Assembly (NCBI GenBank): GCA_016839515.1
Contig: JAEOUE010000102.1
Coordinates: forward strand, 1-45,781
Source of the DNA: Candidatus Hodarchaeum mangrovi
GTDB taxonomy: Archaea > Asgardarchaeota > Heimdallarchaeia > Hodarchaeales > Hodarchaeaceae
Reading direction: 5' to 3'
DNA: 45,781 nucleotides
A model generated the notes under the pieces. The model did no database searches and was not told the DNA's origin. It saw only the letters and a program-made list of their open reading frames with translations. Numbering within the stretch: the first letter of the stretch is position 1; the number at the start of each line of letters is the position of its first letter. Both the position numbers and the translations under genes were made by a program. Shown piece by piece: positions 1 through 10,056 of this stretch.

Positions 1-956
1 AAGGATTTCATGACTACATGATGAAAGGCCATTATCCAATAGCTTTTCTTTTTATTGAGATGCCTCCTGATCAATATGATGTAAATATTCATCCACAAAA
101 ACGTGAGGTACTTTTTTTTGATGAACAAGTAATACATAATGTAATTAGCTCTACAATCGTTCATTGTCTTAAAACACAGACTCTTATGCCAAAATTATCC
201 CCTATTTCAAGGATCAAGCAGACTAAATTAGCACAAAAGTCACAAGATTCTAATCATACTCCTTATCTCTCATTTCCAAAACTTGTATTAGAAAAAAACA
301 GTAATATTAGTGAACTAGATCATTTTTTAGAAGGAAACCTCTCTCAAAAAGAGCAAGAAACCGATTTAAGAATTCTTGGTTCAAGTGTTAAATATCGTGG
401 TCATCTTGGAAAAGAATTTTTAATTTTAGAAGATGTATCATCGAATGACCTCATAATATTGGATTTTCATGCGACATCTGAAAGAATTAATTTAGAAAAA
501 ATTACTAAAATGTATGAGACTAAAACAATTCTAACACAAACCCTCCTAGATCCATTCAGAGTGGAATTAAGCCCACAACAACGGATTATTATTATTGATT
601 CAGTTGTAGAATTGTCAAATCTTGGATTTGACATCAGATTTCCCAAAAATAATAAATTTATGTTAGAAATTCATGGAATTCCTCAAATATTGACTAAAGG
701 TAATTTAAATGACTTTTTTATGGATCTTTTTGATAACATTCCAAAAACAGTTGTTCAAGACAAAATTAAGGATATTTTAAATATCATCGCGTGCCATTCT
801 GCTTATCGTGCTGGAGAATTTCTGTCTTTTCGACAAGTTCAGGAGCTTCTAAATGATTTATTAAAAACTGAGAATCCTAGAGTCTGTGCACATGGAAGGC
901 CAATTACTTTCCGAATCCCTTATCAAGAAATAAGGAAGAATGTTGGGAGGATCTGA
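1..956 (+). CDS. mutL: DNA mismatch repair protein MutL, C-terminal part (gene begins upstream of the window)
   Basis: DVNIHPQKREV transducer motif; endonuclease motif DFHATSERINLE (DQHAxxExxxxE-like); ACH and CAHGRP motifs; the N-terminal ATPase domain is absent, so the gene is truncated by the window edge. Confidence 0.93.
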   Translation, partial: GFHDYMMKGHYPIAFLFIEMPPDQYDVNIHPQKREVLFFDEQVIHNVISSTIVHCLKTQTLMPKLSPISRIKQTKLAQKSQDSNHTPYLSFPKLVLEKNSNISELDHFLEGNLSQKEQETDLRILGSSVKYRGHLGKEFLILEDVSSNDLIILDFHATSERINLEKITKMYETKTILTQTLLDPFRVELSPQQRIIIIDSVVELSNLGFDIRFPKNNKFMLEIHGIPQILTKGNLNDFFMDLFDNIPKTVVQDKIKDILNIIACHSAYRAGEFLSFRQVQELLNDLLKTENPRVCAHGRPITFRIPYQEIRKNVGRI

Positions 957-1577
957 TTAACTCAAATTTGGAATTATTAGGAATCCCTTTGAATCAAGAG
1001 AATATTCATATTGAATAATAAATTTTTCTTTCTTAAATAAACTTATATTTAATGTGTTTGGTTTAATCCCTTTTTCAAAGAAAAAATGCCAATGAAAATA
1101 ATGAAGGGTTAAATTTTGAAGGAAAGGCTGAAAATAATTGTTAAAGTATCGTGCTTGATTAGTAACAATAACTGGAAAGGATAACTTTTTAGAGATTGAA
1201 CAGATTAAACTTGCAATATATGAGTTTAGATGTATTTCTTCCCTTCGATTTAAGTTTGAATGGCGAAAAACATCATCAATGAATAGAATTGATCTTTCAT
1301 CTAATACTTGAACGAAGAGATCATCCAGTAGAAGAGCTTCTTCCTTAAGTGTTTTGGGCTGAAATATAACCATATTCTTTAAAAGGTGTTTAATTGGTTG
1401 AAAACGGATGACTGGAAATTTTCCAGTTAGATCGATTAAATATATTTTGTTATTTCCATTTTTAAGCTTAATTTGCATAATTTGAACTAAAAAAGTTGTT
1501 TTAAATGTTCCTGGCTGGCCATAGAATTGAACTACTATATTTTTCCAAGTAAATATCTCACTTAGAGGGTCTTTCAT
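957..1577 (-). CDS. RadB/RecA-superfamily P-loop ATPase
   Basis: Walker A GQPGTFKT, IYLID, Walker B ILFIDD and VIVTNQ motifs; about 200 aa with no N-terminal HhH domain. Confidence 0.75.
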   Translation of the reverse strand: MKDPLSEIFTWKNIVVQFYGQPGTFKTTFLVQIMQIKLKNGNNKIYLIDLTGKFPVIRFQPIKHLLKNMVIFQPKTLKEEALLLDDLFVQVLDERSILFIDDVFRHSNLNRREEIHLNSYIASLICSISKKLSFPVIVTNQARYFNNYFQPFLQNLTLHYFHWHFFFEKGIKPNTLNISLFKKEKFIIQYEYSLDSKGFLIIPNLS

Positions 1578-1673
1578 ATGTTGAATTTCATAAAAGAGAT
1601 GACATCTTAAATTATTACTGATTTAATATTTTTGAAGAAATCAATAGAGATCTTTCAAGGATATACTTGGAAA

Positions 1674-2516
1674 ATGCCCCGAAAATTCAAAATCGCAATT
1701 CAAACCGAGGATATGCGGTTGTACTATAAACTTATGAAATACTTAAAAGCACCTCGGTTGATTACACGATTTTTTGCTACGGATCAAACTATTCCAATTG
1801 AAGATTTCGATTTAATCATTACTACAACCGTATCTGCAGAAACTATTGAACCAAATATTAAAATAATTAGTTTAAAGTCAGATGAAATTGAGCCAAGCAT
1901 TGTTCCTAGAATTATTGGGTTAATAGCTCGTAAAAAAACTTCGATATTTAGAAAATTAATAATAGGGATAGATCCAGGAAAAACAATAGGATTAGCAGCA
2001 GTTTGTGATGGGATGTTATTATATGCTACAACAGCAAAGCTAAATACACTCATAAATAAACTTAAGGATGTAGTGGTCACCTTTCCAAGTGAGGAAATTG
2101 TAATTAGAATCGGAAACCGACCACCTTATGTCTCAAATATCATATTCAATAAACTGTTCTCCTTTTTAGGAAAAGAACCCAAATTTACTCTTGAAATTGT
2201 TGAAGAATCATTTACAACGTCTAAAAATGCTAAATTAAAGCATCAGTTAGGAATAAATGAAGGGGCAGCATTTTCTATTGCACAGAGGTCTGGAAAGCAA
2301 TACAATGATATGGTAAGAAATTTCATTCCCAAAGGTCACATTAAAGAAATAAAGAATTGGAGTAGACAAAGATCAGATAACCGTTTAACTGTTGATTCTC
2401 AACTGGCTGAAGCTGTAGCTTTTGGTGATATTACCCTTGATGATGCAATTTTGGAGAAGAAAAAAAAATTAAATAGTGATAAAAAGGAAAAACCCAATGA
2501 TGGGGATAAATTATGA
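1674..2516 (+). CDS. Conserved archaeal protein with an RNase H-fold (YqgF/RuvC-like) domain
   Basis: IIGIDPGKTIGLA motif followed by IRIGN and VEESFTT (YqgF-like); ATG at 1674 preferred over TTG at 1632. Confidence 0.55.
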   Translation: MPRKFKIAIQTEDMRLYYKLMKYLKAPRLITRFFATDQTIPIEDFDLIITTTVSAETIEPNIKIISLKSDEIEPSIVPRIIGLIARKKTSIFRKLIIGIDPGKTIGLAAVCDGMLLYATTAKLNTLINKLKDVVVTFPSEEIVIRIGNRPPYVSNIIFNKLFSFLGKEPKFTLEIVEESFTTSKNAKLKHQLGINEGAAFSIAQRSGKQYNDMVRNFIPKGHIKEIKNWSRQRSDNRLTVDSQLAEAVAFGDITLDDAILEKKKKLNSDKKEKPNDGDKL

Positions 2517-3043
2517 CGAATCAATGTGGAATTTTTGTTGGAAGGTTCAATCCTTTTCATAATGGTCATTTACAAGCAACAAAACAAATTTTAGCTCAGG
2601 GGGATGAGCTTATTGTGGCAATTGGAAGCACTCAAGAATCTCATACCTTTCAAAACCCTTTTACCGCAGGGGAACGGATTTTAATGATTCACAACTCTCT
2701 TATTGAGGCTAATCTTCCTCTTTCTAAAATTATTATTACATCGGTTCCTGATATTCACAGATACTCTATTTGGGTAAAACACCTTAAAAGTTATTGTCCT
2801 CCTTTTACTTATGCTATCACTAATAATGAATTGACAAAAAGGTTATTTTTTGAGGCAGGAGTCACGGTTAAACCTATTGGGCCTTTTAATCGATCTGAAT
2901 TAAATGGAACTAGAATTCGTAAATTAATGCTTGAAGGGAATCAATGGAAAGAACTTGTTCCTCTTGCTGTTACTAAAATTATTGAATCCATTGATGGTAT
3001 CAGTAGAATTCGTTCAATCTCTGATTCAAAAATTAAGTGCTAA
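2513..3043 (+). CDS. nadM: Nicotinamide-nucleotide adenylyltransferase
   Basis: GRFNPFHNGH (HxGH), IGSTQ, NPFTAGER, GTRIR motifs. Confidence 0.93.
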   Translation: MTNQCGIFVGRFNPFHNGHLQATKQILAQGDELIVAIGSTQESHTFQNPFTAGERILMIHNSLIEANLPLSKIIITSVPDIHRYSIWVKHLKSYCPPFTYAITNNELTKRLFFEAGVTVKPIGPFNRSELNGTRIRKLMLEGNQWKELVPLAVTKIIESIDGISRIRSISDSKIKC

Positions 3044-3053
3044 TAAGTGATGT

Positions 3054-4169
3054 TTGATGCCTTCTTTTAATCCATTCCGTGAAATAATCCCAATTCCTAA
3101 AGCGGAAAAATTATTCCAGATGGCCCAAACAGCTGTAATGAAAACATCTATTAGAGGAACATCTGAAAATGTTCCTCCTCTTCTTAGAATGAGACGAAAA
3201 GAAGCTACTAGAATTGAACTTCTTTCAAAAGAGTTAAGATCTCGATTATTTCGTATTGTTGAAGAATTTCCTCAACTGGATTCGGATACTATAAATGCTT
3301 ATTATGTTGAAATCTTAGATTTAAGCTATGATATTAATGAGCTAAAAAAAACCCTAGGTTCTATTACTGGAACAGCAGAGGTTGTATGGAAAATAAAACG
3401 TGAACATTTAGGAAATGCTTGGAGGGCAGCTTCTGTTATAGATGCAAAATTTATTCGAAGATCTGCATTCGGACGTATGAAATCTGTAATTATACGACTT
3501 GACGAGAGATTACAATTTCTTGAAAAAGTACGCCAAGAAATGCGTTTATTACCAGGAATTGATTTAACCCAACCAATATTTTGTATAGCTGGGTATCCCA
3601 ATGTCGGAAAGAGTTCCTTAGTGAATACAATAACTGATGCGACTCCAGAAATTGGTGTTTACCCCTTTACAACAAAAGAAGTAACACTAGGACACCTTAA
3701 AATACCAATTTTCGGATCTAAAGACGCAATTAAACCTTTGACTAATATAATAGTTCAGATTGTTGATACACCAGGAATTTTGGATCGTCTACTCACGGAA
3801 CGAAATCAAATTGAGCTTCGAGCTCTTGCAGCAATTAAAACTCTAGCAACTGCTATAGTCTTCATCTTTGATTTTACCCAGTATGAGGCTCTTCAAGCAC
3901 AAATAAATCTTTTAAAACAAATAATAAATGAATTTAGTAATGTTCCGTTACTTTTGATTGGAAGTAAGTCAGATATATTCACAAAAGAGCAAGAAACAGA
4001 TTTTTCTAAGTTTTGGGTTAAGAATTTTCCTCAAAAAGAAATTAAACTTCTATCCATGAGAGATAAAAAGACTATAATTGATATATTCACAAAATTTTTT
4101 TATTCCAATGAAATCAAAATTGCTAAAGTCATCACTCAAAGAACAGAATCTCGGATTGATTCTAAATGA
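3054..4169 (+). CDS. NOG1-family GTP-binding protein (large-subunit biogenesis)
   Basis: AGYPNVGKSS, YPFTTK, DTPGILDR, ERNQIE motifs; helical N-terminal domain. Confidence 0.92.
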   Translation: MMPSFNPFREIIPIPKAEKLFQMAQTAVMKTSIRGTSENVPPLLRMRRKEATRIELLSKELRSRLFRIVEEFPQLDSDTINAYYVEILDLSYDINELKKTLGSITGTAEVVWKIKREHLGNAWRAASVIDAKFIRRSAFGRMKSVIIRLDERLQFLEKVRQEMRLLPGIDLTQPIFCIAGYPNVGKSSLVNTITDATPEIGVYPFTTKEVTLGHLKIPIFGSKDAIKPLTNIIVQIVDTPGILDRLLTERNQIELRALAAIKTLATAIVFIFDFTQYEALQAQINLLKQIINEFSNVPLLLIGSKSDIFTKEQETDFSKFWVKNFPQKEIKLLSMRDKKTIIDIFTKFFYSNEIKIAKVITQRTESRIDSK

Positions 4170-4987
4170 ATAATTATGCTTTTCTTTTATCATATCTTCC
4201 ATCATTAAAATACAGTGGCTTTAGTAAACAATTCCACGATTCTACAAACATTCTAACAAAAGTTGCCATGTCCCTTAAGGAGTCACGATTACTAAATTCT
4301 ATTAATAATTCAAATATAAAGATAGCTAGCAGAACAGATCGGGGTGTTGGAGCATTGAGACAAGTTTTTTCTCTAAAATGTTCTCAATTTCCCATTTTAA
4401 CGGAAATTAATTCATATCTCCCAGATGATATCTGTATCCTTGGAGTAAGGGAAGTTTCTTCAGCTTTTAATCCAAGATATGATGCGAATTCTAGAAGATA
4501 TTCCTACTTTCTTATAATGGAAAATTTTAATATTGATGAATCCAAAAAAGCTCTTCAATATCTTCAAGGCACCCACGATTTTCAATTTTTCTCTAAAGAA
4601 GACTTAAAAAATCCAACTAAAACTATTAGAAATCTTAAAAGTATTGAATTAATATCTCATGGAGATAATACCTACCAAATTAGAATTGAATCCAGATCTT
4701 TTTTATGGCATCAAGTAAGGAGAATTGTTGGGCATTTAATAGAGATATCTGAAGGTCGATATAATTCTGATCATACTCTGAATCTATTGAATAAAACAGC
4801 TGATTGGCCAAGGCCCCCCATCGCTCCCTCTGTAGGATTAATACTTGAAGATATTTCTTATCCTGATTTATCTTTTAAAATTGACCAAAAATCACTTAAT
4901 AATTTTTTCAAGACTATTAAGGGCATTCTAATTGACCTTAAAAGAAATGAGCATGTTTATTCATTTTTCTATGCTAATATAGAATAA
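4166..4987 (+). CDS. truA: tRNA pseudouridine(38-40) synthase
   Basis: ASRTDRGVGA catalytic motif, GTHDF, SFLWHQVRRIVG. Confidence 0.92.
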   Translation: MNNYAFLLSYLPSLKYSGFSKQFHDSTNILTKVAMSLKESRLLNSINNSNIKIASRTDRGVGALRQVFSLKCSQFPILTEINSYLPDDICILGVREVSSAFNPRYDANSRRYSYFLIMENFNIDESKKALQYLQGTHDFQFFSKEDLKNPTKTIRNLKSIELISHGDNTYQIRIESRSFLWHQVRRIVGHLIEISEGRYNSDHTLNLLNKTADWPRPPIAPSVGLILEDISYPDLSFKIDQKSLNNFFKTIKGILIDLKRNEHVYSFFYANIE

Positions 4988-4993
4988 TAGTTT

Positions 4994-5761
4994 CTATTTT
5001 CCATTTATCTCATTGATGGTGGATTCCTTTTTCTTCTCTGTAATTTGGAGATAATATGGTCCGAGAATTGTATATAATATTGCAATAAATAGAACTCCAC
5101 TAAGGGTTATTAATGAGGGGAGGAAAAAAAAGACAATCACCACAATACCAGCAATTATTATAAAAGTGGTATCAGATGTCATTTGACGCTTGGGTGTAGG
5201 ATAAGGAATACGTAAAACCATTAAAATCGCTGCTATAACAGCAATGAAGGTTAATAATTCGCCAGTAGGCCAAAAAATCCAATTCAATTCTCTAAATCGT
5301 GCCAGAACCGCACTAGAACCGACTAATAATGCTGCTGCTGGGGAAGGGAACCCTTCGAAATAAATTTTTGTTGGATAAAATGTAAAACGAACTAATCTTG
5401 CCCATCCTGCTAGAGAATAGAACATAGCAATTAAAAGACTAAAGAAATTTGAAAATAATGCGTTTTCATTGAATATAAGCGGAGCTTTAATTAGTAAAAT
5501 TCCAGGAAGAACAGCAAAAGTTAGGATATCACAAACTGAATCAGCATAGAGCCCAATTGTAGATTCAGAATCAGCCATCTTAGCAATTTTTCCATCTAAG
5601 AAATCAAAGATAGCACCAAGAATTATTAATTGGACAGGGGCAAATGGTGTGGTTTGTAAGAATTTTGAATTCAGAGCTAAACTAATACCTAATAAACCGC
5701 ATAATCCATTAAACAAGGTAAAGCTTAAGGCAATAAAAAAGAATTTATTTGTTCTTACCAT
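4994..5761 (-). CDS. pssA: CDP-alcohol phosphatidyltransferase, archaetidylserine/phosphatidylserine synthase
   Basis: DFLDGKIAK...G...DSVCD motif, RLVRF, FEGFPSPAA; multi-TM; adjacent to psd. Confidence 0.85.
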   Translation of the reverse strand: MVRTNKFFFIALSFTLFNGLCGLLGISLALNSKFLQTTPFAPVQLIILGAIFDFLDGKIAKMADSESTIGLYADSVCDILTFAVLPGILLIKAPLIFNENALFSNFFSLLIAMFYSLAGWARLVRFTFYPTKIYFEGFPSPAAALLVGSSAVLARFRELNWIFWPTGELLTFIAVIAAILMVLRIPYPTPKRQMTSDTTFIIIAGIVVIVFFFLPSLITLSGVLFIAILYTILGPYYLQITEKKKESTINEINGK

Positions 5762-5787
5762 AACTAGCTTTCCTCGACCAGATTATT

Positions 5788-6420
5788 TTAGTTTTCAATC
5801 TTTTTTGCTATTTTTGTAACTCCAGCAATGCTTTTGTTTCCTTTGTGGACAAGCACTTGAAATGTTTCTGGAGGATAATGTAGATCTACTTCACTTCCAT
5901 AATGAATAATACCTAAACGTTGGCCTTGCTCAATATGCGTTTTTATAGGATAAAAAATACTACATTTTCGTGCAATCATTCCAGCAATCTGAGTCACTCT
6001 TATTCTTCCATTAATGCTATCAATTTCAATATTTTGTCTTTGATTTTCTTTTGTGCCTCGAGAAAGGAAGGAAAAGAAAGGCCAATGTTTCCCATTTTGC
6101 TCTGTTATATTTGTAATTACTCCAGAAACTGGCATACGAGTAACATGAACATTCAGGAGGGACATTCTGATACGTACAACCCCAAGTTTTGGATCTACTT
6201 CATAAATTATTCCGTCAGCAGGAGAAAATAAATAGGAATCCTCAGGGGTGATTATTCGGTTTGGATCTCTATAGAAAAACAAATGAAATACTAAGATCAC
6301 AAAAATTATTGGGATTGATAGTATTAAAATTGAATGGACTAGTCCATAGAAGAACAATAATGGGATTATTGTGAGAAGTGCAAGAGTTCCCTTTTCATGA
6401 CCTTTTGCTAATTGAAGCAT
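5788..6420 (-). CDS. psd: Phosphatidylserine (archaetidylserine) decarboxylase proenzyme
   Basis: FFYRDP, SPADG, NVHVTRMP, QIAG and YGS self-cleavage motif. Confidence 0.9.
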   Translation of the reverse strand: MLQLAKGHEKGTLALLTIIPLLFFYGLVHSILILSIPIIFVILVFHLFFYRDPNRIITPEDSYLFSPADGIIYEVDPKLGVVRIRMSLLNVHVTRMPVSGVITNITEQNGKHWPFFSFLSRGTKENQRQNIEIDSINGRIRVTQIAGMIARKCSIFYPIKTHIEQGQRLGIIHYGSEVDLHYPPETFQVLVHKGNKSIAGVTKIAKKIEN

Positions 6421-6762
6421 TTAAGCTGTCTCATATTATATTAGTTAAATTTTTTTGGAGGAAAACTTAAACAATCATCAGGAAGCCTTTAAAGTTTTGT
6501 TCCAAGATTCTAAATTTCAGTAATTTTATTAATCTGAATATCTGGTTTCAATATATAATACTTTCTTTAAGTAGAATACAGTTTATTTTTCTAGAAACCT
6601 TGAAATAACTAACCTTTTTTATTTTCGGTTTCATAAGACCTATACAAGTCAACTAATGGCATTTAAATCTTTAATAATTTCCCCCAAAAGAATCTTTAAA
6701 ATATGAATAAACCAAAATATCGTGAATAATGAGAATACTCTGAAAATGGAGTCAAGACAATT

Positions 6763-7350
6763 ATGATTATAGATGAACAAAATCTTTCATCTGAGGAAAT
6801 AATTAAGCTCGCATCTCTATTGAAGGTGAAAAAGCGTAAATCTGAGCTTGAAGTTAAGCTTGAGAAATTAAAACTAAGAGCTATGATTGAAGAGCATGAC
6901 CTTGGTAAAGAAATTGATGAAATAAGCCATGAATTAAAAAATATTGAAGAAAAAGCAGATAATGAAGAAGAAAAACCACATGGTCTATTAATCCTCATAC
7001 AGGAGAAAGAAAGAGTGGTTAATAGCCTTCAAAAACTTCACGAAAAACGAGATAAAATTCAAGATCATGTTTATAACTCATTAAAAGAAGAATATATGAA
7101 TGAAGATAATTCAATTCAAATAAAGTTAGAAAAAATCAGGGTGCACTTTCGTTCATTAATTAATGAGTTGCAAGATCAGAAAAAATCATTAGATCGAAAA
7201 CTCGAGGAAATAAATCTCCGTCAGAAAATTGAAGAGCTTCCAGATGAAGTTTATAATCAAAAATTATCTGAATTGAATACTGAAGCGGATCGTTCAACAG
7301 ATCTCTTCGAAGCAACAACCTATCTACTCTCCTTGGTGGAAAAATCGTGA
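6763..7350 (+). CDS. All-helical coiled-coil protein, CdvA-like
   Basis: Heptad-rich E/K/L sequence with KIQDHVYNSLKEEY and LEEINLRQKIEELPDEVY segments resembling the CdvA coiled-coil domain. Confidence 0.5.
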   Translation: MIIDEQNLSSEEIIKLASLLKVKKRKSELEVKLEKLKLRAMIEEHDLGKEIDEISHELKNIEEKADNEEEKPHGLLILIQEKERVVNSLQKLHEKRDKIQDHVYNSLKEEYMNEDNSIQIKLEKIRVHFRSLINELQDQKKSLDRKLEEINLRQKIEELPDEVYNQKLSELNTEADRSTDLFEATTYLLSLVEKS

Positions 7351-7655
7351 CTACAGAGTTTAAAGATAGAAAAAATGAAGCAAATAGATTAGTAAGTGAG
7401 AATAGAGTTAAAAAGTATCTTATTAATGGTATTATTGAACGATGGGTTGTAGTGGGAAATGAAAGGAATTATTTAGTGATAGTTAATCCTTTTTGGTGTC
7501 GATGTTACGATTTTCAAAATGAAGTACTAAATGAAAGAATCATTCAATGTAAACATAATTTAGCAGTTCTAATTGCCCAAAAAGAAATGAAATATGATAC
7601 TTTCGAAGTGGATAAAGAGGAATATGATTTAATCCGTGAAGAATTGATATTATAA
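7347..7655 (+). CDS. SWIM zinc-finger protein
   Basis: CRCYDF...CKH (CxC...CxH); start overlaps the upstream stop (GTGA). Confidence 0.8.
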   Translation: MTTEFKDRKNEANRLVSENRVKKYLINGIIERWVVVGNERNYLVIVNPFWCRCYDFQNEVLNERIIQCKHNLAVLIAQKEMKYDTFEVDKEEYDLIREELIL

Positions 7656-7690
7656 TAAAAAAATCACTTATCACTTATATGAAAAATAAA

Positions 7691-8698
7691 TTATTCAATA
7701 GTGGTACAAACCTCCTTAAACAGATTTATAATTTTTGTTTTTACCTCATTTATCCCTAATTTTTTCTTATTGTTATAACCAGCAGCTCCATCATGACCCC
7801 CTCCTATTCCTCCATAATCTGAGACTAATACTGGAATAATATCCTTACCTAAAGAAATCCCTGTTTCTAAGATGAATTGGGATGAAGCTCGAAGACTAAT
7901 TCGAGTTTCATACTTACGTATTGAAATAACAATTGCTACATCACCTCCCAATCGTAGAAGAGCTCTTGCCACAGCTGCTTCGAATGAACTTACGTGGGTA
8001 AATAAAAAATCGAAATTAGATATTTTTACTAGCTTCATTCGTTGAGCACCCCTGATACAGGCTCTTTTTTCAGAGAATTCTCTATCAAACAATAATAAAT
8101 TCAGAGTTTCTTGATATATCTTAAAATTTTCTTGAATTAAAAACATAACTGCGTGAAAAACATTTGAATCAGCATGGAGAAATCTTTGTGTATCAAAAAG
8201 TAAGCCTGCAAGCAAAGCTTTCCTAACAGAAGCATTCAATGGTATTTTATCATGATAAAAAATGGAGGTGATAATTTCTGTCGTTGAATAAAATGATTCA
8301 GCTCTAAAATCAAATTCAATCGGAAATAATAGGTCTTGTTTGATATGGTGATCAATAATTATCAATTTATTTTTGGGATCGATTGTCTCTGGAATGATTT
8401 GAGGAGTATCAAGAAGAATGATTAAACCTTGTAACGGAGTTTCATTCTCAAAAATTAAATCAATTTTTAATTCAGATTCATGAAATATTCTTTCTCCCAG
8501 ATGATTAAATGAATTTTTTAACAAAAAGATCTTTACCTTAGGATTATAATATCTTATCAAAGCATTTATCCCAATAACAGCTCCTATTGCGTCAGGATCA
8601 GCTTGAGGATGTATAATTAAAAAAATATCATCAAAATTCTGTTGCAAGTATTTTGTTAAGGAATCTAGATTTGGTAATAATCTCATAGTCTTATTCAC
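7691..8698 (-). CDS. DHH/DHHA1-family phosphoesterase
   Basis: HPQADPDA, IIDHH, DTQRF and GGGHDGAAG motifs. Confidence 0.9.
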   Translation of the reverse strand: MNKTMRLLPNLDSLTKYLQQNFDDIFLIIHPQADPDAIGAVIGINALIRYYNPKVKIFLLKNSFNHLGERIFHESELKIDLIFENETPLQGLIILLDTPQIIPETIDPKNKLIIIDHHIKQDLLFPIEFDFRAESFYSTTEIITSIFYHDKIPLNASVRKALLAGLLFDTQRFLHADSNVFHAVMFLIQENFKIYQETLNLLLFDREFSEKRACIRGAQRMKLVKISNFDFLFTHVSSFEAAVARALLRLGGDVAIVISIRKYETRISLRASSQFILETGISLGKDIIPVLVSDYGGIGGGHDGAAGYNNKKKLGINEVKTKIINLFKEVCTTIE

Positions 8699-9230
8699 TT
8701 CTTGAAATCTTTAAATATGTTTCAATTTCTTCATGGAGTTCATTGATTCTTCTCATAACAGGATGATTCATGCTTAAATATTTTGAAAAATAATTCAAGA
8801 CTTCTTCGCGACTTAAAATTTGAAGGTTTTTGGATATATTATCAGAATAGGCTACTATTTTTTCTTCGATAGTACTTGGTAAATATTCTTTTGTTGGAAG
8901 ACCAAATTCGTAAGCTTCATCCTTTAAAATACCTGCAAAAATATGGTTTTCAACAATATATACTAATTCGGCTGGGAATCCATGTTGTTTAATAATTTCT
9001 CCTCCAATGATCCCATGATCTATATTATGAGATTGACTTCTTCCAATATCGTGTAACATTCCACCTGCTAAAACTAATTGACAATTTAAAGTTGGAAAAA
9101 GAGCTTTGAGTTCTTTAGCAATGGATAATGCTGTTTGTGTCGTAAAAATGACGTGATCAATAACTTGAGGTAGTGAATGATGTTGAAGGTGAAGCTCAAT
9201 ACATGTTAAATAATTTGGTAGTATATTCAT
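8691..9230 (-). CDS. HD-domain phosphohydrolase (HDIG type)
   Basis: H...LHDIGR...DHG...H...EEKIVAYSD. Confidence 0.88.
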   Translation of the reverse strand: MNILPNYLTCIELHLQHHSLPQVIDHVIFTTQTALSIAKELKALFPTLNCQLVLAGGMLHDIGRSQSHNIDHGIIGGEIIKQHGFPAELVYIVENHIFAGILKDEAYEFGLPTKEYLPSTIEEKIVAYSDNISKNLQILSREEVLNYFSKYLSMNHPVMRRINELHEEIETYLKISRSE

Positions 9231-9468
9231 TTAGTTCACCATTATTACTTTCAAAAATCCATATATGAATACTACAATTATTGACAACCTGATTGAGCGA
9301 GATAATTTTGATAAGAAATAATAGAACTATAAACAAAGAATGACTTCGTTCTTCTGAACCACTTAATTCATACTGGAATTAAGTAAATATCCTAAAAACC
9401 AAGTTTTAATTTTCAACAAATTTAAAGTATATTATTTATTTCACCTATTAATAGAGGTTAGATATGGA

Positions 9469-9542
9469 TGGGCAGGGTGAGATTTGAACTCACGACCTCT
9501 AATTCCCGAAACTAGGATCATACCAAGCTAGACTACCTGCCC
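9469..9542 (-). tRNA. tRNA-Pro(CGG), no intron
   Basis: GGGCAGG acceptor stem; anticodon arm CTAGT-TTCGGGA-ATTAG; GTTCAAATC T-loop. Confidence 0.95.
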
Positions 9543-9608
9543 AAGTAAGATTAAAACTTTGATTACTATAAAAGATGGTTGATTTTGAGAAGACGTATAA
9601 AAGGGAAG

Positions 9609-10016
9609 TTATAGATCTTCAAACCCTTCTCCTGTATCTTTTTCTAATTCAGATTCTTCTTCTTCAGTTTTACTGGGAGGTGCAGATGATAAGAGTTTAG
9701 TTACAAATTCTGAATAACGTTCAAGCAATTTTTCGATTTCATCATTAGATAATCGATCCCCTACCACTGATTTAACATCCTTTGTTGTTTTCGGATTAAG
9801 ATTGACAAGTTGGACGGCAAGTAGACGAGATAGATTAAAATCTTTTTGAAATGATTCAATGACTTGTTCTGAATAAGCTGCATTACGAGACAATTTTTCT
9901 GCATGCTGAGCAGTTACTCGCTGGACGTAATTAATTCCAGCTTCCTCTCGTACCTGGAGTAGTTCAAAAACTTGGCCTAGAGGAATTGGCTTTTCCTCTG
10001 TGATTTTTCTAACCAT
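9609..10016 (-). CDS. rpo4: RNA polymerase subunit Rpo4 (RpoF/Rpb4)
   Basis: NYVQRVTAQHAEK...QLVNLNPKT pattern; lies directly downstream of rpl21e, a conserved gene order. Confidence 0.85.
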   Translation of the reverse strand: MVRKITEEKPIPLGQVFELLQVREEAGINYVQRVTAQHAEKLSRNAAYSEQVIESFQKDFNLSRLLAVQLVNLNPKTTKDVKSVVGDRLSNDEIEKLLERYSEFVTKLLSSAPPSKTEEEESELEKDTGEGFEDL

Positions 10017-10056
10017 ATATTCCCCAATCCTGTAGAATGGTCTTAGATAGACTGAA

